Below are positions 1-7,530 of a stretch of 39,721 nt of DNA, piece by piece (the stretch's first letter is position 1; each line of letters opens with the position of its first letter). The notes beneath the pieces were generated by a model, which was not told the origin of the DNA, searched no databases, and saw only the letters and a list, made by a program, of their open reading frames with translations. The position numbers were made by a program, and so were the translations under genes. This stretch comes from Solirubrobacterales bacterium (GTDB lineage Bacteria > Actinomycetota > Thermoleophilia > Solirubrobacterales > 70-9), in the NCBI GenBank assembly GCA_032119755.1, contig JAUMFR010000132.1, positions 1 to 39,721 on the forward strand, given 5' to 3'.

Positions 1-582
1 GTGGATCATCGGGGTGAACATCTCTCCCTCGGCGAGTGTCCCGACCTGCAGGTCCCACATCTGGAGGTCCATGGCCTTGTCGTACCCGAGGGCCTCGATC
101 CTGTCGCGGTAGTACGGCGGATGCCACGGCTCGAGGATCATCGGGTGAAGGTCGTAACCGTCGACCAGGAGACCGCACTCATCGTTGGTGGTGAAGTCCA
201 TCGGCCCGATCATCCGTTTCCGCCCCTTCGAGCGAGCCCACTCCTCGGCGGCGCTGAACAGTGCCTGGAAGACCTCGGGATCGTCGACGGCGTCGATGAA
301 GCCGAACTGGGCGTCCGAGCCTCCCTGGTATTCGTCCCAGCGATGGTCGATCTGGACGGTTATCCGGCCTACGGCCTCGCCCTCGCGCAGTGCGAGGAGA
401 AACTCGGCCTCCGCATGCTGGAAGTAGGGGTTCCTGTCCCGATCGAGGAATTCACGCCTCTCCATCAGCAACGGCGGAACCCAGGGCGTACCACGGTGCA
501 GGCGGTACGGGAGTTTGATGAAGCGGTCCAGATCCCTTCGGCCGGAAACGTGCACAATCTGCAGTTGCGAGGGATCCGCCAC
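1..582 (-). CDS. GNAT-superfamily N-acyltransferase-like protein, N-terminal 194 codons (3' end lies left of the window)
   Basis: Not in the supplied ORF track. The reverse complement of 1..582 is open from GTG (580-582): VADPSQLQIVHVSGRRDLDRFIKLPYRLHRGTPWVPPLLMERREFLDRDRNPYFQHAEAEFLLALREGEAVGRITVQIDHRWDEY...FGFIDAVDD...MIGPMDFTTNDECGLLVDGYD...PPYY. I recall the FIKxPxxL..PWVPPL / NPYFxHAE / FTTNDECG pattern from a widespread ~380-aa GNAT-like family. The + strand ORF 1..672 is its antisense shadow. Alternative starts are TTG 591 and GTG 618. Confidence 0.6.
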   Translation of the reverse strand, partial: MADPSQLQIVHVSGRRDLDRFIKLPYRLHRGTPWVPPLLMERREFLDRDRNPYFQHAEAEFLLALREGEAVGRITVQIDHRWDEYQGGSDAQFGFIDAVDDPEVFQALFSAAEEWARSKGRKRMIGPMDFTTNDECGLLVDGYDLHPMILEPWHPPYYRDRIEALGYDKAMDLQMWDLQVGTLAEGEMFTPMIH

Positions 583-607
583 CCTTGTCAACCTACACTT
601 CTCACGG

Positions 608-1873
608 ATGGCAAACACGACTCAGACCCAGACACCTCCCGTAGACGTATTCGAAAAGGTACGTGGGCATGAACGCGCGGAGCAGCTCGAAGCCGCCAAG
701 CAGCATGACCTGCTGCCCTACTTCCGACTGCTCGAGTCAGAAGCAGGACCGGTCGTGGAGATGGAGGGTCGCGAGACCATCATGCTCGGCTCGAACAACT
801 ATCTCGGGCTGACCGCGGACCCCAGGGTCAAGCAGGCTGCGCGTGACGCTCTCGAGCAGTACGGAACCGGCGTCACCGGGTCGAGGCTGCTGAACGGAAC
901 CACACCCCAGCATCTCGACCTCGAACGCGAACTCGCCGAGTGGATGCAGACAGAGGACGCGATCGTCTTCAGCACGGGCTACCAGTCCAACCTCGGAGCC
1001 ATCAGCGCGATCCTCGAGCCGGGCGACACGGTGATCTGCGATTCGGCCAACCATGCATCGATCCTCGACGGGTGCAAGCTCTCGGGAGCAAAACTCAGGC
1101 CCTTCCGCCACAACCGGATGGACAAGCTCGAGCGGATGCTCGAGCGGGCGGTCGAGGACGGAGGTGGGGTCTTGGTGGTGGTCGACGGAGTCTTCTCGAT
1201 GGAGGGCGACGTCTGTGACCTGCCTGGAATAGTCGAGTTGTGCAGCCGGTTCGGTGTCCGCCTGATGGTCGACGAGGCCCATGGAGTGGGAGTCCTGGGA
1301 GCCCGCGGGGCAGGGGCCTGCGAGATGTTCGGGATGGAAGACAGCGTCGATCTCCGGATGGGGACCTTCTCCAAGAGCCTCGCCTCCTGCGGCGGATTCA
1401 TCGCCGGATCCGCCGAGGTGATCGAGTACATGCGGATCTCCTCGCGGTCGTTCATCTTCAGCGCCTCGGCCGTCCCCGCCGCCACCGGGGCGGCTCTCGC
1501 AGCGCTGCGGATCATCCGGGACGAAGGACCGGCTCTGTTCGAGAAGCTGCTCTCCAACGCCTCTTACCTGCGCAGCGGTTTCCGGAACCTTGGCCTCCAG
1601 GTGGTGGAGCCCGGAACCCTCCCCGACGGAAGCGAAGCCACCACACCGGTCGTGCCGGTGGTCGTGGGCGAGGACTGGCAGGCGGTCCTCCTGTGGAAGG
1701 CCCTGTTCGATGCCGGCGTCTACACCAACGTGGCGATACACCCGGCGGTTCCTCCTGGCGGGGCGTTGCTGCGTACCAGCCTCATGGCAACCCACGAGAC
1801 CGAGCATCTCGACCGCGCTCTCGAGACGGTCGAGCGGGTCATCGCCGACTTCCCCGACCTACCCAGAGTCTGA
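608..1873 (+). CDS. PLP-dependent alpha-oxoamine synthase, serine palmitoyltransferase-like (AONS/KBL/SPT family)
   Basis: ORF 515..1873 trimmed to ATG 608 (MANTTQTQ...). Family motifs present: GSNNYLGL, GTGVTGSRLLNGT, FSTGYQSNLG, DSANHASILDG, DGVFSMEGD, VDEAHGVG and the PLP-lysine motif GTFSKSLASCGG. The N-terminal LLPYFRLLES...VVEMEGRETIMLGSNNYLGL layout resembles bacterial SPTs. Confidence 0.9.
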   Translation: MANTTQTQTPPVDVFEKVRGHERAEQLEAAKQHDLLPYFRLLESEAGPVVEMEGRETIMLGSNNYLGLTADPRVKQAARDALEQYGTGVTGSRLLNGTTPQHLDLERELAEWMQTEDAIVFSTGYQSNLGAISAILEPGDTVICDSANHASILDGCKLSGAKLRPFRHNRMDKLERMLERAVEDGGGVLVVVDGVFSMEGDVCDLPGIVELCSRFGVRLMVDEAHGVGVLGARGAGACEMFGMEDSVDLRMGTFSKSLASCGGFIAGSAEVIEYMRISSRSFIFSASAVPAATGAALAALRIIRDEGPALFEKLLSNASYLRSGFRNLGLQVVEPGTLPDGSEATTPVVPVVVGEDWQAVLLWKALFDAGVYTNVAIHPAVPPGGALLRTSLMATHETEHLDRALETVERVIADFPDLPRV

Positions 1874-2091
1874 GAATCCAAAAAAGTTGCTCTTAGCGGG
1901 CGACTCGTTTCGACCGCCTCCAACTCGGGCCGCTGGCGCGATATGTTTCCGCAGCCGCGCGCCTTCGAGGAGAGAAGGCAAGCGGGAAGGGCTCCAGCCC
2001 GACCCCAAACCGACGCGACCCGGCCAAGGTCGATCAGGGAAGCGCGAGCCACATTTGAAGCCGACCCCGAGATCCCCGACAGGAGGAAGAG

Positions 2092-2490
2092 ATGACGACC
2101 GCTGCAACCGCAACCAAGGCCAAGACCCGCAAGACCAGTAAGACGAAGCCGCGAAAGGCCAAGGCGAACGGAAGCAGAGATCGCAACAACTCCGACTCAC
2201 AACACATGAGGGCGCTGGCCAAGGCAAACGAGGTTCGACTCGCCAGAGCGTCACTGAAGCGTCGAATCGCCGCTGGCGAGTTGACCGTCGTAGAGGTTCT
2301 CAACGACTACCCGGCCGAGGCAGAGGGAATGACAGTCTCAGAGTTGCTGGCCAGTCAGCGGCGTTGGGGCAGGACACGTTCGCGGAAGCTTCTCTCGCGC
2401 CTCGACCTGACCGAGAACAAGCGCATCGGCACCTTGACCGAGCGTCAGCTCTCGCTTCTCACGGCAGCTCTGAACGCACCCAGCGCCTGA
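2092..2490 (+). CDS. mihF: actinobacterial integration host factor (mIHF/sIHF family) with a basic K/R/T-rich N-terminal tail
   Basis: AGGAGG Shine-Dalgarno lies 5 nt upstream of the ATG. The core ALAKANEVRLARASLKRRIAAGELTVVEVL...MTVSELLASQRRWGRTRSRKLLSRLDL..KRIGTLTERQ matches the mIHF pattern (RAELK..L....L..VL, K.KV..LL..LP..G..KA..I). The tail is TTAATATKAKTRKTSKTKPRKAKANG. Confidence 0.85.
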   Translation: MTTAATATKAKTRKTSKTKPRKAKANGSRDRNNSDSQHMRALAKANEVRLARASLKRRIAAGELTVVEVLNDYPAEAEGMTVSELLASQRRWGRTRSRKLLSRLDLTENKRIGTLTERQLSLLTAALNAPSA

Positions 2491-2500
2491 GGGGCGCGGA

Positions 2501-2911
2501 CTAGAGCTTGAACCGCGCGCCGCCCGATCGGCGCGCGAACAGGCCGGAGAAGTACCAGGCACCGACCCCGAAGACGACCGCTGCGAGGAGTATTCGGAGC
2601 GCGGGCGCGATGACCGGGGCCAGAAGCGTCCAACCCACGGCCAGGGTGATCACCCCTCCCATGCCGGCGAGGATCAGGGTATGTGATCGGTAGCCGGCCA
2701 GATGCTCACGCAGGGCGAGCTCCAGACCCGCGACCGAAGAGAGGACCAACCCGGCGCCGATCATGATCGGACCGCGCGGTGGCGCCACGAAGAACCCCGC
2801 CAATAAGAGCACCAACCCGACGAATACGACTACCTCAGTCAAGGGGAAGGTGCCCCACGGTGCGGGTGGCCGATCCTCCCTGCGGGGGCGACGGGGCCTA
2901 CTGCGGGGCAT
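2501..2911 (-). CDS. hypothetical integral membrane protein (about 4 TM segments, Arg/Pro-rich N-terminus)
   Basis: 136-aa ORF with four hydrophobic stretches (VVVFVGLVLLLAGFFV, IMIGAGLVLSSVAGL, LILAGMGGVITLAVGWTLLAPV, LRILLAAVVFGVGAWYF). Same strand as and downstream of the MMPL/Trx genes. No family recognised. Confidence 0.55.
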   Translation of the reverse strand: MPRSRPRRPRREDRPPAPWGTFPLTEVVVFVGLVLLLAGFFVAPPRGPIMIGAGLVLSSVAGLELALREHLAGYRSHTLILAGMGGVITLAVGWTLLAPVIAPALRILLAAVVFGVGAWYFSGLFARRSGGARFKL

Positions 2912-2965
2912 CTGACCTGCCTCGGGACATGCGATGCATCGTAATGCGGGCAGAGAATGTCATCT

Positions 2966-3703
2966 TCATCGCTTTCCTCCGCTTGCCTCAGGGCCAGCCG
3001 AGGCTAGGATGAGATCCTCGACCCGAGCAGCGAGGCTGGACGGGGTCTGATTACCGAGCGCGACCTCGTAGAGACGGCCGCCCGGTTCGACGAAGAGAAC
3101 CGTCGGGCATCCCCCGACCCGGAGCAGATTGGACAGCGCGCCATCGGGGTCCAGCCCGACGGGGTGCGTCCAGCCCCGGTCGCGGATCAACTCCCGGACC
3201 GTGGCGCGGTCATCACGGACATCGATAGCCAGGAAGTTAGCCCTACCGGAGAAGCGCCGGTAGGCGGTCTCGAAGACGTCCTGCTGATCCTCGCATTCGC
3301 CGCCTCGGGTGAACCAGAAGGAAACCACTGCGGGTAGCCGGAAGACATCGCACGACTCGATCGCGCCGTCGACCGACACCTCACAGGCCGGGGTGCGACG
3401 GGAGTCGGCGGGACAAGGGCGCTGGCTCGAGGCGCAGTCGGTCTGGTCGATGTTCGCGTCACCGATCAGTTCCCCACGGGCATCGGCAACCGCGAAATCC
3501 GGCAAGACGAGACCTGCATCGTCTCCGCTGCCCAACACTCCACCGTCGCTTCCGGAGACGGAATTGACTACCGCGACCACGATCACCGCACAGAAGACGA
3601 TCCCCACGAGAACCGACCAGACTGCAGGTGGCTTGATGGCTGAGCGCTGGGGATCGCCCTGGTCGTCGGGCCTATCCGTCTGGAGATCTTCGAACTCGCT
3701 CAT
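2966..3703 (-). CDS. membrane-anchored TlpA/ResA-like thioredoxin-fold protein with a degenerate active site
   Basis: N-terminal TM (VWSVLVGIVFCAVIVVAVV) followed by a redoxin-like core: VVSFWFTRGGECEDQ..FLAIDVRDD...VRELIRDRGWTHPVGLDPDG...RVGGCPTVLFVEPGGRL (cis-Pro loop). The start overlaps the MMPL stop by 4 nt (3700-3703). Confidence 0.7.
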   Translation of the reverse strand: MSEFEDLQTDRPDDQGDPQRSAIKPPAVWSVLVGIVFCAVIVVAVVNSVSGSDGGVLGSGDDAGLVLPDFAVADARGELIGDANIDQTDCASSQRPCPADSRRTPACEVSVDGAIESCDVFRLPAVVSFWFTRGGECEDQQDVFETAYRRFSGRANFLAIDVRDDRATVRELIRDRGWTHPVGLDPDGALSNLLRVGGCPTVLFVEPGGRLYEVALGNQTPSSLAARVEDLILASAGPEASGGKR

Positions 3704-6375
3704 CCCGGGCTCCCGCCGGTCTGGGGGGCCGGGGCGGCGCTTTGGCCGCTCTCGGACCGAACAGTCAGCGGATCGAACAGAGTCAGCGAGGCCGGTATGA
3801 CCAGGAGCACCGCAGCCAAGGCCACTAGTAGATCGATCACCGTGACCAGGCCGAACCCGCTGAGGATCGGTGCTATCGAGGGAAGGCCGAGCGAGCCGAG
3901 AGGACCGGCTACGGCGAGGACCGCAAAACCCGCGATCACCGTCGTGCCGGAGGCGAGCGTCGCGAAACCGGCTCTCGAATAGGTGCTCCTCAGAGCCTCT
4001 CCCGCCGTCAGCCCGGCACTCCTCTCCTCCCAGAAGCGTGAGGCCAAGATGATGCTGAACTCAGCCGAGACGGCGATCACCAATGCTCCGAGGGTGGCCG
4101 ACATCGGATTGAGGGCGTAGCCGGTCGAGGCGACCGCAAGCGAGGACCATCCGGTTGCGAACACCACCGGAACCAGTACGGCGAGGGTGCGGCGGAGCGA
4201 CCTCCAGAGCAGCAGGAGGATCAAAGCCACCGCCCCGATACCGGCGGCGGGCAGCCACCATCTGCTCCGCTCGAGACTGGCGTTTGCGTCAGCGATCAGT
4301 ACCTGCAAGCCAGCGACCTCTACGGTGACGCCAGCCGGAGGGCTCGGTCCGCCGGGAGGATCGACCTGTTCCCTGATGTCGTCGATCAACGCCTGCTGCT
4401 CGTCGAGGGGTCGCACCTTCACCCCAAAGGAGATCACGGCCTGGTTTCCGACCTCTCCGGTGTCGGGGTCACGGGTGACTACCGCTTCCGAGAGATAAGG
4501 CGGGATCGACTCGATCAGGGCCTCGGAACCAGCCCGGTCGAGGGTGCCGCCTGCGGCAGCGAACAGGTCGGTCAGGGACGGGGCAGGGCAGAGCGCGGCG
4601 CGGTCGCAACTCGCAGAGGGTCCCGAGAATCCGTGCCGGGCGAGTACCCGCCTCTGGAAGTCGGCCATCCAGGCGATCGTCGCGGGATCCGCCAGATCGT
4701 CGCTGGTGATCAAGACGTCGATCTCGCCCGAGATCCCGGTGGACCTCTCGACCTCACGCAGCTCCTCAAGCTCCGGCGAATTCGAAGGCGCGAGATCACG
4801 GACGTCGGCATCCACCGGCGTCTGGGTACTCGCGATAAGCCCACAGAGCGCCAGAGTGCCTGCCACGAGCAGCACGCGGCCGGGCCGAAGCAGGGAGGTC
4901 GCGATGGCGATCTGGGCGGGCTTCCGCAGACGATTCGAAACCCAGCGTCGTAGCGGAGTGGTTGCGGGACCCCCTCCCGCCGCCGGAGCCGGTCCTCTGT
5001 CCCTCGAGAGGAGGGCGAGACCGCTCCACAGGGCAATGCCGAGCGCGATCGCTATACCCGCCACCAGCAGGAACCCGAACGAGCGAACGAGCGGGCTGGC
5101 CGAGAGCCCGAAGGACGCGAAGCCGGTCATGGTCGCCAAACAGGCCAAAGCGAGAACCGGCCCGCCCACTCCGGCCGCTTCGACCACAGCTGAAGGAGAG
5201 TCGAGACCCTTCTCGCGTGCCTCGCTGAATCTCGCCTGCACCTGGATCGCGTAGTCGACCGACAGACCGACCAAGACCGGCAGCATTGCTATGGCGGAGA
5301 TGGTCAGCGAGCCCCCGAACAGCGCGAGCAGCCCGAACAGTATGCCGGTAGCCGAAAGGGCCACGCCCAACGGGAGGAGTCGGAAAGGCGGCGGCAGGAC
5401 GAACGCGAGGGCCATGGCCATGACCAGTACCGACACACCGAGCAAGAGGAGCATCTGGGACCGGATCGACGAGGTGAGCGCACCGATCAGGACCGGTGCA
5501 CCGCTGAAGACGTAATCGCCGGTCGAGAGCGCGAAGCGTGGGTTGGCGAGCGCCTCGCGGTAGAGCGCGACCATCCGATCCCGCTCTGTATCGGTCAGAT
5601 CGGGACGTGGTCGAATCGTGATCTGGGCGACATCGGAGCGGGGAAAGAGCTGAGCGAACTGCGACTTGGTGTTGCCCTGGGAATCGAAGACGACCCGGCC
5701 GATGAAGGACGGGTCGTCCAGTCGGGGGACTCCCGTGATTCCGTAGCTGAGAGCGAGTCGCAGCACAGCCTGGTTGAACTGCTCCAGCACCGCATCCGAT
5801 GCCTCCTGCGCAACGGAGTCGGCCTCGGAGCTCGACAGGCCGTCCGAGAGCGCCCGCTGCCGGGCACTCTCTGCGGCGCGCTGGGCCTCTGTCTGCGCAG
5901 TCGCCACCTGCCTACGCAGCACACTGGAGATCTGATCGACCGACTGGTAGAGGAAGCTCGCGGGACCGTAGATAGCGCGCGCAGGGGCCAGTTCCTCGAT
6001 CCTGTCGCACACATCAGGAAGTGGTCTGCCGGGTTGACGCGGCAGATCCGAACCCAGTCTCGTGCCGCCGGCCAGACACGTCTCGAGCTCGAACAGAGCG
6101 CGAAGGTTCTCTCCGGTGAGCAACTTGGAGAGATCCTCCCTCGCCAGGATCAGCGCCGCGTCGTCGCCGAATGCCTTCCTGAATGCCTCGGTCGAACGGT
6201 AGGAAGCCGAGCCGCTGTCGAGGAGAGTGTCGGTACCTGCGTCAGCCCGAAGGCCGAGGCCGAACCAGCCACCGACCAGCGCCAGTGAGACGACGGCGGA
6301 GATCGCGATCCACGGTCGCCTCGCCGCCGACGAGGCGACCCGTTCGAAGAACGTTTTCACCCTTTCGCTGTCCAA
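3700..6375 (-). CDS. RND-superfamily transporter of the MMPL/HpnN type (12 TM, two large extracytoplasmic loops)
   Basis: 891 aa with TTG start at 6375, preceded by GGAGG 5 nt upstream. Topology is TM1, a ~270-aa loop, TM2-6 (including GLSVDYAIQV), TM7, a ~200-aa loop, then TM8-12, which is typical of MMPL-domain RND proteins. Confidence 0.85.
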   Translation of the reverse strand: MDSERVKTFFERVASSAARRPWIAISAVVSLALVGGWFGLGLRADAGTDTLLDSGSASYRSTEAFRKAFGDDAALILAREDLSKLLTGENLRALFELETCLAGGTRLGSDLPRQPGRPLPDVCDRIEELAPARAIYGPASFLYQSVDQISSVLRRQVATAQTEAQRAAESARQRALSDGLSSSEADSVAQEASDAVLEQFNQAVLRLALSYGITGVPRLDDPSFIGRVVFDSQGNTKSQFAQLFPRSDVAQITIRPRPDLTDTERDRMVALYREALANPRFALSTGDYVFSGAPVLIGALTSSIRSQMLLLLGVSVLVMAMALAFVLPPPFRLLPLGVALSATGILFGLLALFGGSLTISAIAMLPVLVGLSVDYAIQVQARFSEAREKGLDSPSAVVEAAGVGGPVLALACLATMTGFASFGLSASPLVRSFGFLLVAGIAIALGIALWSGLALLSRDRGPAPAAGGGPATTPLRRWVSNRLRKPAQIAIATSLLRPGRVLLVAGTLALCGLIASTQTPVDADVRDLAPSNSPELEELREVERSTGISGEIDVLITSDDLADPATIAWMADFQRRVLARHGFSGPSASCDRAALCPAPSLTDLFAAAGGTLDRAGSEALIESIPPYLSEAVVTRDPDTGEVGNQAVISFGVKVRPLDEQQALIDDIREQVDPPGGPSPPAGVTVEVAGLQVLIADANASLERSRWWLPAAGIGAVALILLLLWRSLRRTLAVLVPVVFATGWSSLAVASTGYALNPMSATLGALVIAVSAEFSIILASRFWEERSAGLTAGEALRSTYSRAGFATLASGTTVIAGFAVLAVAGPLGSLGLPSIAPILSGFGLVTVIDLLVALAAVLLVIPASLTLFDPLTVRSESGQSAAPAPQTGGSPG

Positions 6376-6418
6376 ACCGACCTCCCCTCCGCAGACACCG
6401 CGGGACCGCCGGCTCGGG

Positions 6419-7513
6419 TCAATCCATCGAGAGCGGTCCGCGAACGTCGGCGTTCAGGAACTGCGAAACGAACTTGTTCTTCGAACCGAACAGATCGTCG
6501 GCCAGCCCCGATTCGACGATCCTGCCCTTCCAGAGGACCGCGAGGAAATCTGCCACGCGTCTCGCGGTGCTGAGGTCATGACTGATCACCAGGTAGCAAC
6601 CGCCATTCTCTGCATGCACCTCGCGGATCAACTCGCAAAGGAGCGCCGTCCTGACCGGGTCCAGACCCGAATCCGGCTCGTCGAACAGGACGATTGCGGG
6701 ATCGAGCACGAGGGCGCGGGCGAATCCGGCTCGCTTCCTCATTCCCCCAGAGAGCTCGTTCGGCATCTTGTAGTGAGCCTCGGCCAGGCCGACCTCACGA
6801 AGCCTGCGGGTGACGATTTCGTCGATCTCGTCCTCACTCTTGTCCGTGTGCTGTCGGAGCGGGAAGCAGACGTTGTCGTAGACGTTCATCGAGCCGAACA
6901 GCGCTCCGTCCTGAAACAGGAGACCGAACTTCTTGCGTGTCTCGAAGAGCTCGTCATCCGACATGTTCGGGATCGACTCGCCGTGCACCAGCACGTCGCC
7001 CGAGTCCGGGTAGAGGAGTCCGACGATGTGCTTGATCAGCACGCTCTTGCCCGTTCCGGAGGGCCCGAGCACCATCGAGATCATGTCGTCGGGAAGCCCG
7101 AGGTTGCAGCCGTTGAGGATCCTCGAGCGACCGAACTGCTTGACGAGGTCGATCACCTCGATCGCGTCGGTTCCTCCGTGATCGCGCTTCTTGCCGGTAT
7201 GCCATTTGTACGGATTCGGGTCATCGGCCTCGACTCCTGGAATCACGTAGTCGCGTTTCGCGAAATCCTCCTCGCTCCAGCCCTGGGCTGCGAGCGGATC
7301 GGTCTTCCGCTTCGGGGTAGCGCTGGTCTTGGTCGACGACCTGGTGTTGGGCTTGGTGCCCGCAGCCGACTTGCGCTTGGCAGGGGCCCTGCGTGTGGTC
7401 GACGATGCCGATCTGGCACGCGACGTCGTGGACTTCGCCGTGCGCTTCGCAGTCCCCGTCGTGCGTGAACCTGACTTCCTGGTCTTGCTCGCAGTTGTCT
7501 TCTTCTCGGCCAT
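6419..7513 (-). CDS. mkl: MlaF/Mkl (MceG)-type ABC transporter ATP-binding protein with a ~125-aa N-terminal extension
   Basis: Walker A GPSGTGKS, Q-loop LFQDGALF, signature LSGGMRKR, Walker B VLFDEPDSGLD, H-loop ISHD. The C-terminal VSQFL is typical of MlaF. An AGGAGG SD lies just upstream of ATG 7513. The first ~80 aa are a K/R/S/T-rich tail. Confidence 0.9.
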   Translation of the reverse strand: MAEKKTTASKTRKSGSRTTGTAKRTAKSTTSRARSASSTTRRAPAKRKSAAGTKPNTRSSTKTSATPKRKTDPLAAQGWSEEDFAKRDYVIPGVEADDPNPYKWHTGKKRDHGGTDAIEVIDLVKQFGRSRILNGCNLGLPDDMISMVLGPSGTGKSVLIKHIVGLLYPDSGDVLVHGESIPNMSDDELFETRKKFGLLFQDGALFGSMNVYDNVCFPLRQHTDKSEDEIDEIVTRRLREVGLAEAHYKMPNELSGGMRKRAGFARALVLDPAIVLFDEPDSGLDPVRTALLCELIREVHAENGGCYLVISHDLSTARRVADFLAVLWKGRIVESGLADDLFGSKNKFVSQFLNADVRGPLSMD

Positions 7514-7530
7514 CTTCCTCCTCGCAGCCC

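Noticed and set aside
515-607. 5' extensions of ORF-track entries: 515-607, 9152-9250, 21790-21882, 32914-33021, 36463-36600, 38059-38091, 21074-21151, 24673-24780.
   Set aside because: The extended N-termini are Arg/Cys/Pro-rich with no homology-like pattern. They overlap neighbouring genes or a terminator hairpin. Internal starts carry Shine-Dalgarno sequences and match the family-typical N-termini, signal peptides or lipobox.
1-672. The ORF-track entry 1..672(+), 223 aa, at the left edge.
   Set aside because: It is the antisense shadow of the GNAT-like gene on the minus strand, whose translation is protein-like with recognisable motifs. It would also run through the start of the alpha-oxoamine synthase gene.
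737-1807. Long ORFs antisense to, or out of frame with, confidently assigned genes. Examples: 737..1807(-), 6227..7468(+), 9122..10909(-), 11140..11907(-), 16892..17692(+), 17693..18679(+), 18815..19795(+), 20048..21088(+), 21123..21935(-), 30482..31594(+), 31314..32192(-), 33076..34467(-), 34217..35485(-), 35611..36897(-).
   Set aside because: Their translations are R/G/P/D/H-rich and match no family. Each lies entirely opposite a gene with clear family motifs. Stop-poor antisense frames are expected in high-GC DNA. I see no evidence of overlapping genes.
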